From the NCBI RefSeq assembly GCF_044324785.1, contig NZ_CP172128.1: 64,000 nucleotides of DNA; one strand, written 5' to 3'. A program made the position numbers and the translations under genes. The notes beneath the pieces were generated by a model. It did not search any database. It was given only the letters and a program-made list of their open reading frames with translations, and was not told the origin of the DNA. The stretch is from Escherichia coli (GTDB taxonomy: Bacteria; Pseudomonadota; Gammaproteobacteria; Enterobacterales; Enterobacteriaceae). This document shows, in pieces, positions 30,614 to 42,592 of this stretch (positions are counted from its first letter, which is position 1; each line of letters begins with the position of its first letter).

Positions 30614-30732
30614 CATATCCATATGTTTGGCATCTGCATATGACAGGCATACGCATATCTCACACATCTGCATATCTATAACATATACATATGTATCACA
30701 TCTGCATATACTAAACATATATAAAAGCCGTC
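30614..30732. repeat. seven tandem 17-bp direct repeats, core CAT(C/A)NNCATAT
   Basis: core motif starts at 30614, 30631, 30648, 30665, 30682, 30699, 30716: exact 17-bp period; directly upstream of vagC. Confidence 0.7.
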
Positions 30733-30748
30733 TTGCCAGGAGGAAGAC

Positions 30749-30979
30749 ATGAGAACCGTATCTATTTTCAAAAATGGCAATAACCGCGCGATCCGTCTGC
30801 CCCGCGATCTGGATTTTGAGGGGGTGAGTGAGCTGGAGATTGTACGGGAAGGGGACAGAATCATTCTGCGTCCCCTCCGCCCGAGCTGGAGCTCATTCCT
30901 GGAGCTAGAAAAGGCCGATCCGGGCTTTATGACGGAACGCGAGGACGTTGTCTGCGACGAAGGACGATTTAACCTGTGA
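30749..30979 (+). CDS. vagC: VagC/VapB antitoxin (AbrB/SpoVT domain)
   Basis: 76 aa, MRTVSIFKNGNNRAIRLPRDL.. swapped-hairpin antitoxin; start/stop overlap with PIN toxin. Confidence 0.85.
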   Translation: MRTVSIFKNGNNRAIRLPRDLDFEGVSELEIVREGDRIILRPLRPSWSSFLELEKADPGFMTEREDVVCDEGRFNL

Positions 30980-31392
30980 ACAAGATCTATATGCTCGACA
31001 CGAACATCTGCTCGTTCATCATGCGCGAGCAGCCTGAAGCAGTGCTTAAGAATCTGGAGCAGGCGGTGCTGCGCGGTCACCGTATAGTGGTCTCGGCCAT
31101 CACCTACTCCGAGATGCGCTTCGGCGCCACCGGTCCAAAGGCATCGCCACGCCACGTGCAGCTGGTTGACGCGTTCTGCGCCCGTCTCGATGCCATCCTG
31201 CCCTGGGATCGCGCTGCGGTGGATGCAACCACGGAGGTTAAGGTGGCGCTGCGCCTCGCCGGCACGCCGATCGGTCCGAACGACACGGCGATCGCCGGGC
31301 ACGCCATCGCCACCGGGGCAATACTGGTGACGAATAATGTGAGAGAGTTTGAGCGGGTGCCTGGACTGGTACTGGAAGACTGGGCAGGATAA
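30976..31392 (+). CDS. vagD: VagD/VapC PIN-domain toxin
   Basis: 138 aa, PIN-domain acidic residues (MLDTNICSF.., ..VTNN..). Confidence 0.85.
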   Translation: MNKIYMLDTNICSFIMREQPEAVLKNLEQAVLRGHRIVVSAITYSEMRFGATGPKASPRHVQLVDAFCARLDAILPWDRAAVDATTEVKVALRLAGTPIGPNDTAIAGHAIATGAILVTNNVREFERVPGLVLEDWAG

Positions 31393-31395
31393 AGG

Positions 31396-31430
31396 AGTAA
31401 GGCCGCCCCCGACGGCCTTACCACTATTTT
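31396..31430 (+). terminator. rho-independent terminator-like hairpin after vagD
   Basis: GTAAGGCCG-CCCCCGAC-GGCCTTAC followed by T-rich tract. Confidence 0.5.
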
Positions 31431-31899
31431 GCGATGTCAGTCGTATTCATTTTCAGCGTTAAAAAAGGGCTCTATACGAATACGTGTATCAGCGTGAGTA
31501 AGTTTCGGCGGCCTGATAAATCCACTATTTCCCAGCTGGACAGCCAGTTGCCACATGGCATCACTACGGGGAATGCTACGATAATTCCTCTCTGTGAGGA
31601 AAGCGGCATAATCCTGATGCCCGAACGTCATGAGCACCTGTCTGATGAACTTGTGTGACCCACCGTCATTTTTAAGACATTGCATCAGCAGTGCCTGCTT
31701 CTGCCGGTCATCGGTTATTTTGGTGGAGAACCTTATCAGGGCTTGCTGGCTGAGAAGTGGTGCCTCAGAGAGCAGGGCTTCATCTTTTTCCCAGAGCCAG
31801 TTCAGGATACTGATACAGACTTCATCTGCAATCTTATCGCCATTCAGAATTAAACGAGTAATCCCCAGGTCAAACTGGTCATCAGCAAATAAAACAAGC

Positions 31900-33208
31900 T
31901 GAACCGCCCCGGGAATCCTGGAGACTAAACTCCCTGAGAAAGAGGTAAACAGAATGACTAAAAATACTCGTTTTTCCCCCGAAGTCCGTCAGAGGGCGAT
32001 TCGTATGGTTCTGGAAAGTCAGGGCGAATATGACTCACAGTGGGCGGCAATTTGTTCCATTGCCCCAAAGATTGGCTGTACACCGGAGACTCTGCGTGTC
32101 TGGGTACGCCAGCATGAGCGGGATACCGGAGGCGGTGATGGCGGGCTCACCACCGCTGAACGTCAGCGTCTGAAAGAGCTGGAACGTGAAAATCGTGAAC
32201 GCGCCGCAGTAACGATATCCTTCGCCAGGCTTCCGCTTATTTTGCGAAGGCGGAGTTCGACCGCCTCTGGAAAAAGTGATGCCACTGCTGGATAAGCTGC
32301 GTAAGCTGTACGGGGTCGGACGGGTATGCAGTGAACTACATATTGCCCCGTCAACGTATTACCACTGTCAGCAACAGCGACATCATCCTGATAAACGCAG
32401 TGCCCGTGCGCAGCGCGATGACTGGCTGAAGAAAGAGATACTGCGCGTATACGATGGGAATCATCAGGTATATGGTGTGCGTAAAGTCTGGCGTCAGTTG
32501 TTACGGGAAGGAATCAGGGTAGCCAGATGTACAGTGGCGCGCCTCATGGCGGTTATGGGACTTGCCGGTGTTCTCCGGGGTAAAAAGGTCCGCACTACCG
32601 TCAGCCGGAAAGCCGTTGCCGCAGGCGACCGCGTAAACCGTCAGTTTGTGGCAGAACGTCCTGACCAGTTGTGGGTGGCTGATTTTACTTACGTCAGCAC
32701 ATGGCAGGGGGTCGTCTATGTGGCGTTCATCATTGATGTGTTTGCCGGATACATCGTGGGGTGGCGGGTCTCATCGTCTATGGAAACGACATTCGTGCTG
32801 GATGCTCTGGAGCAGGCGTTATGGGCCCGTCGACCGTCCGGCACAGTCCATCACAGTGATAAAGGTTCTCAGTATGTATCGCTGGCCTACACACAGCGGC
32901 TTAAGGAAGCCGGATTACTGGCATCAACAGGAAGTACTGGTGACTCGTATGACAACGCGATGGCGGAGAGCATCAATGGCCTTTACAAAGCGGAGGTAAT
33001 ACACCGTAAGAGCTGGAAAAACCGGACAGAAGTGGAGCTGGCCACACTCACGTGGGTGGACTGGTATAACAATCGACGATTGCTGGAAAGGCTGGGCCAT
33101 ATCCCACCGGCAGAAGCAGAAAAAGCTTATTATGCTTCCATCGGAAACGATGATCTGGCAGCCTGAGTTCACAGATAAAACACTCTCCAGGAAACCCGGG
33201 GCGGTTCA
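31900..33208 (+). mobile_element. IS3-family insertion sequence (orfA 31954-32295, orfB 32276-33166)
   Basis: terminal inverted repeats TGAACCGCCCCGGGAATCCTGG / CCAGGAAACCCGGGGCGGTTCA; orfB with DDE-type transposase hallmarks; orfA/orfB overlap. Confidence 0.8.
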
Positions 33209-33556
33209 AACACCCTTTCTTCATCCATCCTGCGCGCTCCATCTGATAATGTTCTGACAGGTAAAAATCAAATTCTGTATGATTTTTGTGTTATCGATTT
33301 ATGATAATATCAGATATTTTTTCATTACTTATGATTAAAATCATATCTAATATGAATTTATGTGTATTGCTTAATTATCATATCACCTGCCCGTTTCCCG
33401 CCGCGCAGATCCGGTTTCCGGCTGAAGTGGATCCAGACCTGATTTGTTGCTGAGTATCGGTAAAAGTGCGGCTTATAAGCTATTCTGAAACATGGCAACT
33501 GAATCTGGGCTGTATAATTCCGGCAAGTGTCATCTGTATTTAAAGGACGTGTGAGT

Positions 33557-34009
33557 ATGAAATTTATGGAATGTGCTGTCCGGGATGTGATTTATGGGAC
33601 CAATGTCCGTCTTGTCAAACCGGTCAACATTTATGAATGTGAACTCGGGGACAATGTGTTTGTCGGCCCCTTCGTTGAGATACAGAAAGGCTGTGTCATT
33701 GGTAGTGGAAGTCGGATACAGTCGCACACGTTTATTTGTGAGAACGTAACACTGGGGGAGAAGTGCTTCATTGGTCATAACGTGACGTTCGCCAACGATC
33801 TGTTTCGTTCAGGAGCACCAGATCCGTCACCGGATAACTGGATCAGCATTACCCTGGGGGATTCGGTTACTGTTGGCAGTGGAGCCATTATTCTGTCTCC
33901 GTATATATGCAGCGGAGCTGTTATTGGTGCGGGTTCAGTTGTGGTAAAACCGATTGAGAACAAAGGCATTTATGCAGGAAACCCGGCAAGACTGCTCAGA
34001 ATATTATGA
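33557..34009 (+). CDS. hexapeptide-repeat (left-handed beta-helix) acetyltransferase
   Basis: repeated [LIV]G-x4 hexapeptides (IGSGSRIQ, IGHNVTFAND, VGSGAIILSP, IGAGSVVVKP). Confidence 0.65.
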   Translation: MKFMECAVRDVIYGTNVRLVKPVNIYECELGDNVFVGPFVEIQKGCVIGSGSRIQSHTFICENVTLGEKCFIGHNVTFANDLFRSGAPDPSPDNWISITLGDSVTVGSGAIILSPYICSGAVIGAGSVVVKPIENKGIYAGNPARLLRIL

Positions 34010-34013
34010 AAAA

Positions 34014-34042
34014 GAAAAGGGCCGTTACTGGCCCTTTTTATC
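34014..34042 (+). terminator. rho-independent terminator
   Basis: AAAAGGGCCGTTACTGGCCCTTTTTATC. Confidence 0.6.
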
Positions 34043-34277
34043 AGAGGTAGGTCTGTGAATACGGCAGGTGTACAGAAATCGACTGCCGGGGATCGATTTC
34101 CAGGGCCGCCCGGTATTCTGCGTCAGTGATATCACCTTTTTTCGGTAAATAACCGAGAGCATCGTTTCCCAGCCCTGACAGTATGCGTATTCTGGCGATC
34201 CGGAAATCAAACAGGCTGTCCATCATACCATGCTCCGGAAATGCGGGAGGAGTGGCCAGATAGGCAGGTTTGACCAT

Positions 34278-34405
34278 TGTCCTAAAGTGCCTTCAGGAAG
34301 AGATAATCGGGAAGCGCCTTCACTGATCGAAAGTTGATTTTCAAGAACCGTTCTGACAGCTTCGGCTTTGAACTCTTTAGAGTAACGTTGGGTTTTTCTG
34401 CTCAT
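34278..34405 (-). pseudogene. IS3-family orfA-like N-terminal remnant
   Basis: MSRKTQRYSKEFKAEAVRTVLENQLSISEGASRL.. fits the IS3-family orfA N-terminal pattern; no intact downstream transposase. Confidence 0.3.
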
Positions 34406-34763
34406 TATTAGCTCCTTCTGATGCCATTCTATTTCAGGAAGGAGTGTCCGTTAAACCCAGGCTACCTCATAGTTCATTTTCTGTTGATGCGCTGAAGATC
34501 ATTTCATTCAAAATACTGACATCTTTCATAAAGACCTCCATTTTATGTCGGGGAAAAATAAAGCACAGATAAACTATATTTTCACATTTAATTTACAAAT
34601 TGGTGGTATCAGTCACAAATAACTTACAGGTCCGGTAATATCGGTCTGTTAGTGATATTTACTGAAAATGATGGAAAGATATTGATAACGTGGTTGCCAT
34701 AACCAATGCTTCAGGGAAGCCGATATGGTTAATGTCATTACAATCGTCGCCACAGTTGCCTGT

Positions 34764-36094
34764 TAGACTGGCCCCCTGAATCTCCAGACAACCAATATCA
34801 CTTAAATAAGTGATAGTCTTAATACTAGTTTTTAGACTAGTCATTGGAGAGCAGATGATTGATGTCTTAGGACCGGAGAAACGCAGACGGCGTACTACAC
34901 AGGAAAAGATCGCTATTGTTCAGCAGAGTTTTGAACCGGGAATGACGGTCTCCCTTGTTGCCCGGCAACACGGTGTGGCAGCCAGCCAGTTATTTCTCTG
35001 GCGCAAGCAATACCAGGAGGGAAGTCTTACTGCTGTGGCCGCAGGAGAGCAGGTCGTTCCTGCCTCTGAACTTGCTGCTGCCATGAAGCAGATTAAAGAA
35101 CTCCAGCGCCTGCTCGGCAAAAAAACGATGGAAAATGAACTCCTTAAAGAAGCCGTTGAATACGGGCGTGCAAAAAAGTGGATAGCGCACGCGCCCTTAT
35201 TGCCCGGGGATGGGGAGTAAGCTTAGTCAGCCGTTGTCTCCGGGTGTCGCGTGCGCAGTTGCACGTAATTCTCAGACGAACCGATGACTGGAAAGATGGT
35301 CGCCGCAGCCGTCACTCAGATGATACGGATGTGCTTCTCCGTATACACCATGTTATCGGAGAGCTGCCCACGTATGGTTATCGTCGGGTATGGGCGCTGC
35401 TTCGCAGACAGGCCGAACTTGATGGTATGCCTGCGATCAATGCCAAACGTGTTTACCGGATCATGCGCCAGAATGCGCTGTTGCTTGAGCGAAAAACCGC
35501 TGTACCGCCATCGAAACGGGCACATACTGGCAAAGTGGCCGTGAAAGAAAGCAATCAACGATGGTGCTCTGACGGGTTCGAGTTCCGCTGTGATAACGGA
35601 GAAAAACTGCGAGTCACGTTCGCGCTGGACTGCTGTGACCGTGAGGCACTGCACTGGGCAGTCACTACGGGCGGCTTCGACAGTGAAACAGTACAGGACG
35701 TCATGCTGGGAGCGGTGGAACGCCGCTTCGGCAACGAGCTTCCGGCGTCTCCAGTAGAGTGGCTGACGGATAATGGTTCATGCTACCGGGCTAATGAAAC
35801 ACGGCAGTTTGCCCGGATGTTGGGGCTTGAACCGAAGAACACGGCGGTGCGGAGTCCGGAGAGTAACGGCATAGCAGAGAGCTTCGTGAAAACGATAAAG
35901 CGTGACTACATCAGTATCATGCCTAAACCAGACGGGTTAACGGCAGCAAAGAACCTTGCAGAGGCGTTCGAGCATTATAACGAATGGCATCCGCATAGTG
36001 CACTGGGTTATCGCTCGCCACGGGAATATCTGCGGCAGCAGGCCAGTAATGGGTTAAGTGATAACAGGTGTCTGGAAATATAGGGGCAAATCCA
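34764..36094 (+). mobile_element. IS2 copy 2
   Basis: ORFs identical to copy 1; 5-bp target duplication CCTGT on both sides. Confidence 0.9.
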
Positions 36095-36722
36095 CCTGTG
36101 TATCCGGATATTTGAAATGGATCTTCCAGAAGCGGACTCGGGTAGTATCTTCATGGTTTGGCTTTCAGCAGATCTGTGACTCTGCTATTTATTGATGAAT
36201 ATGACCTTTACAATTCCAGTTATTGTTCTGATTGCAATAATCACTTCATCACAATAATCCACCATTTTTTGTGATTATCTGGCAATAATTTTCTTTTCTG
36301 CTCCAGAGATCCGAAAACTCCTGGTTCCGGATCCGCGGATCCTTCGCTGCCGCCCGCTGGTCCGCTTTCACAGGATGTGGTGTCCCGCTCCGCTGACATG
36401 ACACTGTATGTTGTGTTTCTTCCCGTGTTCCCGAGCCAGTCATCAGCGGCAGAAAAGATCGCTTCGCTTATTCACTGATCCTGATTCACTTCCGGAAAAT
36501 CCTGAATCCGATAAAAATCGGATCATAGAAAAACAGTCATCCTGTAATTTATCATAGTTACTACATTGCAGGTTATTATTGTCATGATTACTTTTCAGGT
36601 CAGTTATTGATGGTGGTGTTAATAATAGCTGGATAACAATATTCCGTTGCCGGAGGCATGTTATAGCGTAATACTGGTGTATACTTAATGGTGTACAGAG
36701 AGTATGTAAGATGAGGTGCATT

Positions 36723-37248
<526 letters not shown>

Positions 37249-38058
37249 ATGTCAGGCTCCGTTATACACAGCCAGTCTGCAGCCATGGTACCGGCAGTGT
37301 ATTCTGCCGGACAGTCTGCACAACTTCCTGTTGCCATTGATTATCCGGCAGCTCTGGCACTCCGCCAGATGTCGATGGTTCATGATGAACTGCCGAAATA
37401 TCTGCTGGCTCCCGAGGTGAGTGCCCTGCTTCATTATGTCCCGGATCTGCGCCGCAAGATGCTGCTGGCCACTCTGTGGAACACCGGCGCGCGTATTAAT
37501 GAAGCACTAGCGCTGACGCGGGGGGATTTTTCGCTCACGCCTCCGTATCCGTTTGTGCAGCTGGCCACTCTGAAGCAGCGGACAGAAAAAGCCGCCAGGA
37601 GGGCAGGAAGGATGCCCGCCGGTCAGCAGACTCACCGTCTGGTTCCGCTCTCCGACGCCTGGTACGTCAGCCAGCTGCAGACGATGGTGGCCACACTGAA
37701 AATCCCCATGGAACGGCGTAATAAACGAACAGGCAGGACAGAGAAAGCGCGGATCTGGGAAGTGACGGACAGAACGGTCAGGACCTGGATTGGGGAGGCG
37801 GTTGCCGCCGCTGCTGCTGACGGTGTGACGTTCTCTGTTCCGGTCACACCACATACGTTCCGCCATTCCTATGCGATGCACATGCTGTATGCCGGTATAC
37901 CGCTGAAAGTTCTGCAAAGCCTGATGGGACATAAGTCCATCAGTTCAACGGAAGTCTACACGAAGGTTTTTGCGCTGGATGTGGCTGCCCGGCACCGGGT
38001 GCAGTTTGCGATGCCTGAGTCCGATGCGGTCACAATGCTGAAAAACAGACATGTATAA
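37249..38058 (+). CDS. resD: ResD tyrosine site-specific recombinase (F-plasmid D protein type)
   Basis: 269 aa; tyrosine recombinase C-terminal motifs (HTFRHSYAMHML, GHKSISSTEVYTKV); immediately downstream of ccdB as in F. Confidence 0.8.
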   Translation: MSGSVIHSQSAAMVPAVYSAGQSAQLPVAIDYPAALALRQMSMVHDELPKYLLAPEVSALLHYVPDLRRKMLLATLWNTGARINEALALTRGDFSLTPPYPFVQLATLKQRTEKAARRAGRMPAGQQTHRLVPLSDAWYVSQLQTMVATLKIPMERRNKRTGRTEKARIWEVTDRTVRTWIGEAVAAAAADGVTFSVPVTPHTFRHSYAMHMLYAGIPLKVLQSLMGHKSISSTEVYTKVFALDVAARHRVQFAMPESDAVTMLKNRHV

Positions 38059-38230
38059 TAAGTCACAATTATGAATTGTGATTTCTTCTATAAAAAAGAG
38101 ACCACTGCAATATGTGATCTCTTGTATTATTTCATAATTGTTAAAGCCACTTCACATTATGCTCACATTGTACGGATATATTCGTAATGTTTTTTTATAT
38201 CGAATGAACGACAGAAGTTGTGGAGATTTT

Positions 38231-38584
38231 ATGAAAGTAATTAGCATGAAATTTATTTTTATTTTAACGATTATTGCTCTTGCTGCTGTTTTTTTCTGGT
38301 CTGAAGATAAAGGTCCGGCATGCTATCAGGTCAGCGATGAACAGGCCAGAACGTTTGTAAAAAATGATTACCTGCAAAGAATGAAACGCTGGGACAACGA
38401 TGTACAACTTCTTGGTACAGAAATCCCGAAAATTACATGGGAAAAGATTGAGAGAAGTTTAACAGATGTTGAAGATGAAAAAACACTTCTTGTCCCATTT
38501 AAAGCTGAAGGCCCGGAGGGTAAGAGAATGTATTATGGCATGTACCATTGTGAGGAGGGATATGTTGAATATGCGAATGACTAA
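38231..38584 (+). CDS. cmi: colicin M immunity protein
   Basis: 117 aa with N-terminal membrane anchor; convergent with and adjacent to cma. Confidence 0.7.
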   Translation: MKVISMKFIFILTIIALAAVFFWSEDKGPACYQVSDEQARTFVKNDYLQRMKRWDNDVQLLGTEIPKITWEKIERSLTDVEDEKTLLVPFKAEGPEGKRMYYGMYHCEEGYVEYAND

Positions 38585-38633
38585 TACACTGTTATAAAGG
38601 CTGCATAAAAATGCCGGAACCCCGGCCCTTATA

Positions 38634-39449
38634 TTATCGCTTACCACTTTCTTTAATGTGAATTTCACCAGGAAGCAGTATCTGGTACTCTTTACCAGAA
38701 AACATCGCCCCGAGCCTTGTGAGCGACTCTCCGATAATGCCACGGTGAGTGCTGGCGTTAAAATCATATTTATCATCATATGAACGAACAACGCCATTGT
38801 AAATCCAGGAGCCATTGGCAGAGATAGTTAAAGTACCTTCTGTTTTCAGTGTGATATTACCAAGATATGCACCGGTAATAACATTATAATCACCAGTGGC
38901 ATGTGTGAACTTTGTAGAAACAGGGAATGTACCTACTACACCAGATTTTATAATGTCTTTTATCTGATTAATTTTCATAGGGGAAATTTTAAGACCAATG
39001 TTGGCGATATTAACGCTCCTTTCAGCGCCATTACCCCATAAATAGTGAGCAAGCGCCACAATTGGTGTAGTGACATTACCGCTCATTTGTTTCATATTCA
39101 TTGAGCGATAGTCATATTGACTTGGCGCTGGTTTTGCGAAGTGGTAAGCGTCATAAACGCTTATTCCAGGGTGAAGAACCAGATTTCGGTCGGCGTTACA
39201 GAAGTAACCAATATTTGTCGATATGATCTGCAATGTGAGAGGGTTGCTGGCCCCATGTTTTTTGATGTAATCCTCAAGTTGAGTTAAAGCCTGAAGACAC
39301 ATGTTTGGACTCTGGAAAAAACTATAAACAACCTGGACTAAAAGAGGGCCAGCACCAGGCACATGTGGTGCTGAAAGAGAAAATGCACCATTGCCATAAC
39401 TTGGTAAGTTAGTTGATGGTGATGGTGCATGAACAGTTAAGGTTTCCAT
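38634..39449 (-). CDS. cma: colicin M (lipid II-cleaving bacteriocin)
   Basis: 271 aa from METLTVHAPSPSTNLPSYGNGAFSL.. to ..EIHIKESGKR matches colicin M. Confidence 0.85.
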   Translation of the reverse strand: METLTVHAPSPSTNLPSYGNGAFSLSAPHVPGAGPLLVQVVYSFFQSPNMCLQALTQLEDYIKKHGASNPLTLQIISTNIGYFCNADRNLVLHPGISVYDAYHFAKPAPSQYDYRSMNMKQMSGNVTTPIVALAHYLWGNGAERSVNIANIGLKISPMKINQIKDIIKSGVVGTFPVSTKFTHATGDYNVITGAYLGNITLKTEGTLTISANGSWIYNGVVRSYDDKYDFNASTHRGIIGESLTRLGAMFSGKEYQILLPGEIHIKESGKR

Positions 39450-39690
39450 ACATAACTCCTTATAAGTTAACAAGATAACAGAGTTCGCCGCTGGCTAACG
39501 CCTCCGCCGGCGAACAAACCCCATGAGAGAGGCTCCCCATAACATTGTTTGCCTGATATGCCGTTAAAAATGGTAGGGCAGCTCCTGAACTACCATATAT
39601 AAGATATATATCTGTACACTCCATTAAATACTGGAAATATATTGAGAACTCTGATATATAATCTATATATAAAATACAAAAGGTATATAT

Positions 39691-40218
39691 ATGACCAGCA
39701 ATAAAGATAAGAACAAGAAAGCAAACGAAATATTATATGCATTTTTCATAATCGGGATTATTCCATTAATGGCTATATTAATACTTCGAATAAATGATCC
39801 ATATTCTCAAGTACTGTACTACTTATATAATAAGGTGGCATTTCTCCCTTCTATTACATCATTGCATGATCCCGTCATGACAACACTTATGTCAAACTAC
39901 AACAAGACAGCACCAGTTATGGGTATTCTCGTTTTTCTTTGCACATATAAGACAAGAGAAATCATAAAGCCAGTAACAAGAAAACTTGTTGTGCAATCCT
40001 GTTTCTGGGGGCCCGTTTTTTATGCCATTCTGATTTATATCACACTGTTCTATAATCTGGAACTAACAACAGCAGGTGGTTTTTTTAAATTATTATCTCA
40101 TAATGTCATCACTCTGTTTATTTTATATTGCTCCATTTACTTTACTGTTTTAACCATGACATATGCGATTTTACTGATGCCATTGCTTGTCATTAAATAT
40201 TTTAAAGGGAGGCAGTAA
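39691..40218 (+). CDS. cbi: colicin B immunity protein
   Basis: 175-aa polytopic membrane protein located between cba and cma on the opposite strand. Confidence 0.7.
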   Translation: MTSNKDKNKKANEILYAFFIIGIIPLMAILILRINDPYSQVLYYLYNKVAFLPSITSLHDPVMTTLMSNYNKTAPVMGILVFLCTYKTREIIKPVTRKLVVQSCFWGPVFYAILIYITLFYNLELTTAGGFFKLLSHNVITLFILYCSIYFTVLTMTYAILLMPLLVIKYFKGRQ

Positions 40219-40235
40219 CACTGCCTTCCTTTTAA

Positions 40236-40891
40236 TTATTTTATGATCTTGTGATTCAGCTCATCAACAAATTTATCATCGATAAATGCACCAATAGCAC
40301 CTGCAATAACTACGCCAACAAAACCAACAACTGTGGCCGAAAGACCAAAGGCTATAAGGGCCGAGCCTAATGTCAAAGAAAACAAACTAAGAGCTACAGC
40401 AGATGCCATCCCACTGATAACCCAGGACTCGACTTCCAGCATTAATGGCCCCCAGTTACCAGTCTGGTAACCCTCAATACTCTTCTCCCTGATGTTGTTT
40501 GCCTTTATTGCATAATCTGCTGCTTTGAACGTTTTACCCAACGCAGCAAATTTATTCCCCATATCCTCAGCATTAAATGCTTTCCACGCATTCACAATGG
40601 CTTCTTTGTCCGTTGCATTTATTTTAAGGCTGGGGTTAGCCATTAACTTATTAATGGAAGACATTGCATCATCATAACTACGAATCGTTTTTCCCTGAAA
40701 ATTATTTATATTCTCTGCAATTTCACGGGAAAGCGCCTTGTATTTATCTCCAAGATATTCCCCGACTTTGTCACCGACACTAATGATGACCTCGCTGGTT
40801 TTTGTCAGGACCGTCTTCTCGTCATTTTCTTGTTCTTTCTTGACTCTGAAGTCATCCTTTGCGTTATTTTCGGCTTCCTGGCGCTGGCTTA
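40236..40891 (-). pseudogene. cba: colicin B, C-terminal pore-forming part (gene split by IS1)
   Basis: hydrophobic helical hairpin of pore-forming colicins; reading frame continues upstream to the IS1 end. Confidence 0.8.
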
Positions 40892-40900
40892 AACTATTAC

Positions 40901-41668
40901 GGTGATGCTGCCAACTTACTGATTTAGTGTATGATGGTGTTTTTGAGGTGCTCCAGTGGCTTCTGTTTCTATCAGCTGTCCCTCCTGTTCAGCTACTGAC
41001 GGGGTGGTGCGTAACGGCAAAAGCACCGCCGGACATCAGCGCTATCTCTGCTCTCACTGCCGTAAAACATGGCAACTGCAGTTCACTTACACCGCTTCTC
41101 AACCCGGTACGCACCAGAAAATCATTGATATGGCCATGAATGGCGTTGGATGCCGGGCAACAGCCCGCATTATGGGCGTTGGCCTCAACACGATTTTACG
41201 TCACTTAAAAAACTCAGGCCGCAGTCGGTAACCTCGCGCATACAGCCGGGCAGTGACGTCATCGTCTGCGCGGAAATGGACGAACAGTGGGGCTATGTCG
41301 GGGCTAAATCGCGCCAGCGCTGGCTGTTTTACGCGTATGACAGGCTCCGGAAGACGGTTGTTGCGCACGTATTCGGTGAACGCACTATGGCGACGCTGGG
41401 GCGTCTTATGAGCCTGCTGTCACCCTTTGACGTGGTGATATGGATGACGGATGGCTGGCCGCTGTATGAATCCCGCCTGAAGGGAAAGCTGCACGTAATC
41501 AGCAAGCGATATACGCAGCGAATTGAGCGGCATAACCTGAATCTGAGGCAGCACCTGGCACGGCTGGGACGGAAGTCGCTGTCGTTCTCAAAATCGGTGG
41601 AGCTGCATGACAAAGTCATCGGGCATTATCTGAACATAAAACACTATCAATAAGTTGGAGTCATTACC
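40901..41668 (+). mobile_element. insAB: IS1 copy 3, inserted in cba
   Basis: 768 bp; 9-bp target duplication AACTATTAC (40892-40900 and 41669-41677); minor aa differences from copies 1/2. Confidence 0.9.
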
Positions 41669-42548
41669 AACTATTACTGTCCAGAATCTCCACGGCTGAA
41701 ATATATAGCGGAGAAACTCCACTGCCTTCAGGAAAACGGACAATGACATCATGATTATTACTGGACATCGTATAACCAGCCTCAACATAATTCCCTGTCT
41801 CAGAAATAACGCCATCTTCCTGGATTTCGGGATTAGACCGAACTGGAGTATTCATCTGACCCACACTTAATACCAGGTCCGGTAGATTTGGTGATACAGG
41901 GGCACTGTAAACATCTTTAATATTGGTTCCCGGACGACTCCGGTCCGGAACTGGAACGGCATCCACTACTGGCACTGTCATCGGAATACCTCCGATAATA
42001 GCCATATATTGTGTACCATTCTGCATAAGGTCCGTCAGACGATATTTTACCGGTACATTATTACCCGCTGCTGGTAACTGGCTGGCAGGGATATCCGTTA
42101 CCTGCTCCAGTTGCTGTGTAACCATAAGACGAATAATTTTTTGCTCATTTCCGGAAGCAGGCTCCAGACGGGCAAAAGAAACAGCAGCCGGGCGAGACGG
42201 TTCTGGCAAACCACCACGTAAACCATTTTCAAGAACTGTTCGTGCAGCGGAAACTTTCTCGTTTCCCCAGGGGCTATGCACACTGACAGACCATCCCGAC
42301 CAGTCTCCCTCTTCAAGTTCCTTATCAAGAATAATCCGGCGAATAATTCCAGGAAAAAGAACACTTTGTACAAGTGCGATACCTTGTGGGCTGTAATCCC
42401 CCCATCCCGGAGGCATGGATGGAGCGAGACCTGATGAGCCTCCGGGTTTCACATCACCGCCCGGAATTCGTCCTGTTGACGGCCACACAACCATTGTGTC
42501 CCCGTAATCAATACCTTCTGTCGGTACACTACCTTCATTATCACTCAT
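41669..42548 (-). pseudogene. cba: colicin B, N-terminal translocation/receptor part (gene split by IS1)
   Basis: MSDNEGSVPTEGIDYGDTMVVWPSTGRIPGG..; the two parts minus one duplication copy sum to 1536 bp (511 codons + stop). Confidence 0.8.
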
Positions 42549-42592
42549 AGAAAACCTCTTTGACTTTAAAAACAATCAATTAAAATTAAATA

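Noticed and set aside
30561-30663. N-terminal 35 codons of the 528-aa ORF (29077-30663)
   Set aside because: This stretch reads through the 17-bp repeat array and has no similarity to relaxases; the ATG is fortuitous and the gene is treated as a 5'-truncated relic.
30614-30732. 17-bp repeat array considered as a CRISPR array
   Set aside because: Repeat units are contiguous with no unique spacers, and units are short and degenerate.
31437-31899. Possible minus-strand gene upstream of the IS3-family element (ORF 31437-31685 and adjacent frames)
   Set aside because: Only short, frame-broken ORFs and no recognisable family; possibly a gene disrupted by the IS, but unsupported.
34041-34277. 78-aa ORF downstream of the IS3-like orfA remnant
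   Set aside because: No transposase similarity recognised and no context; likely junk within an IS remnant.
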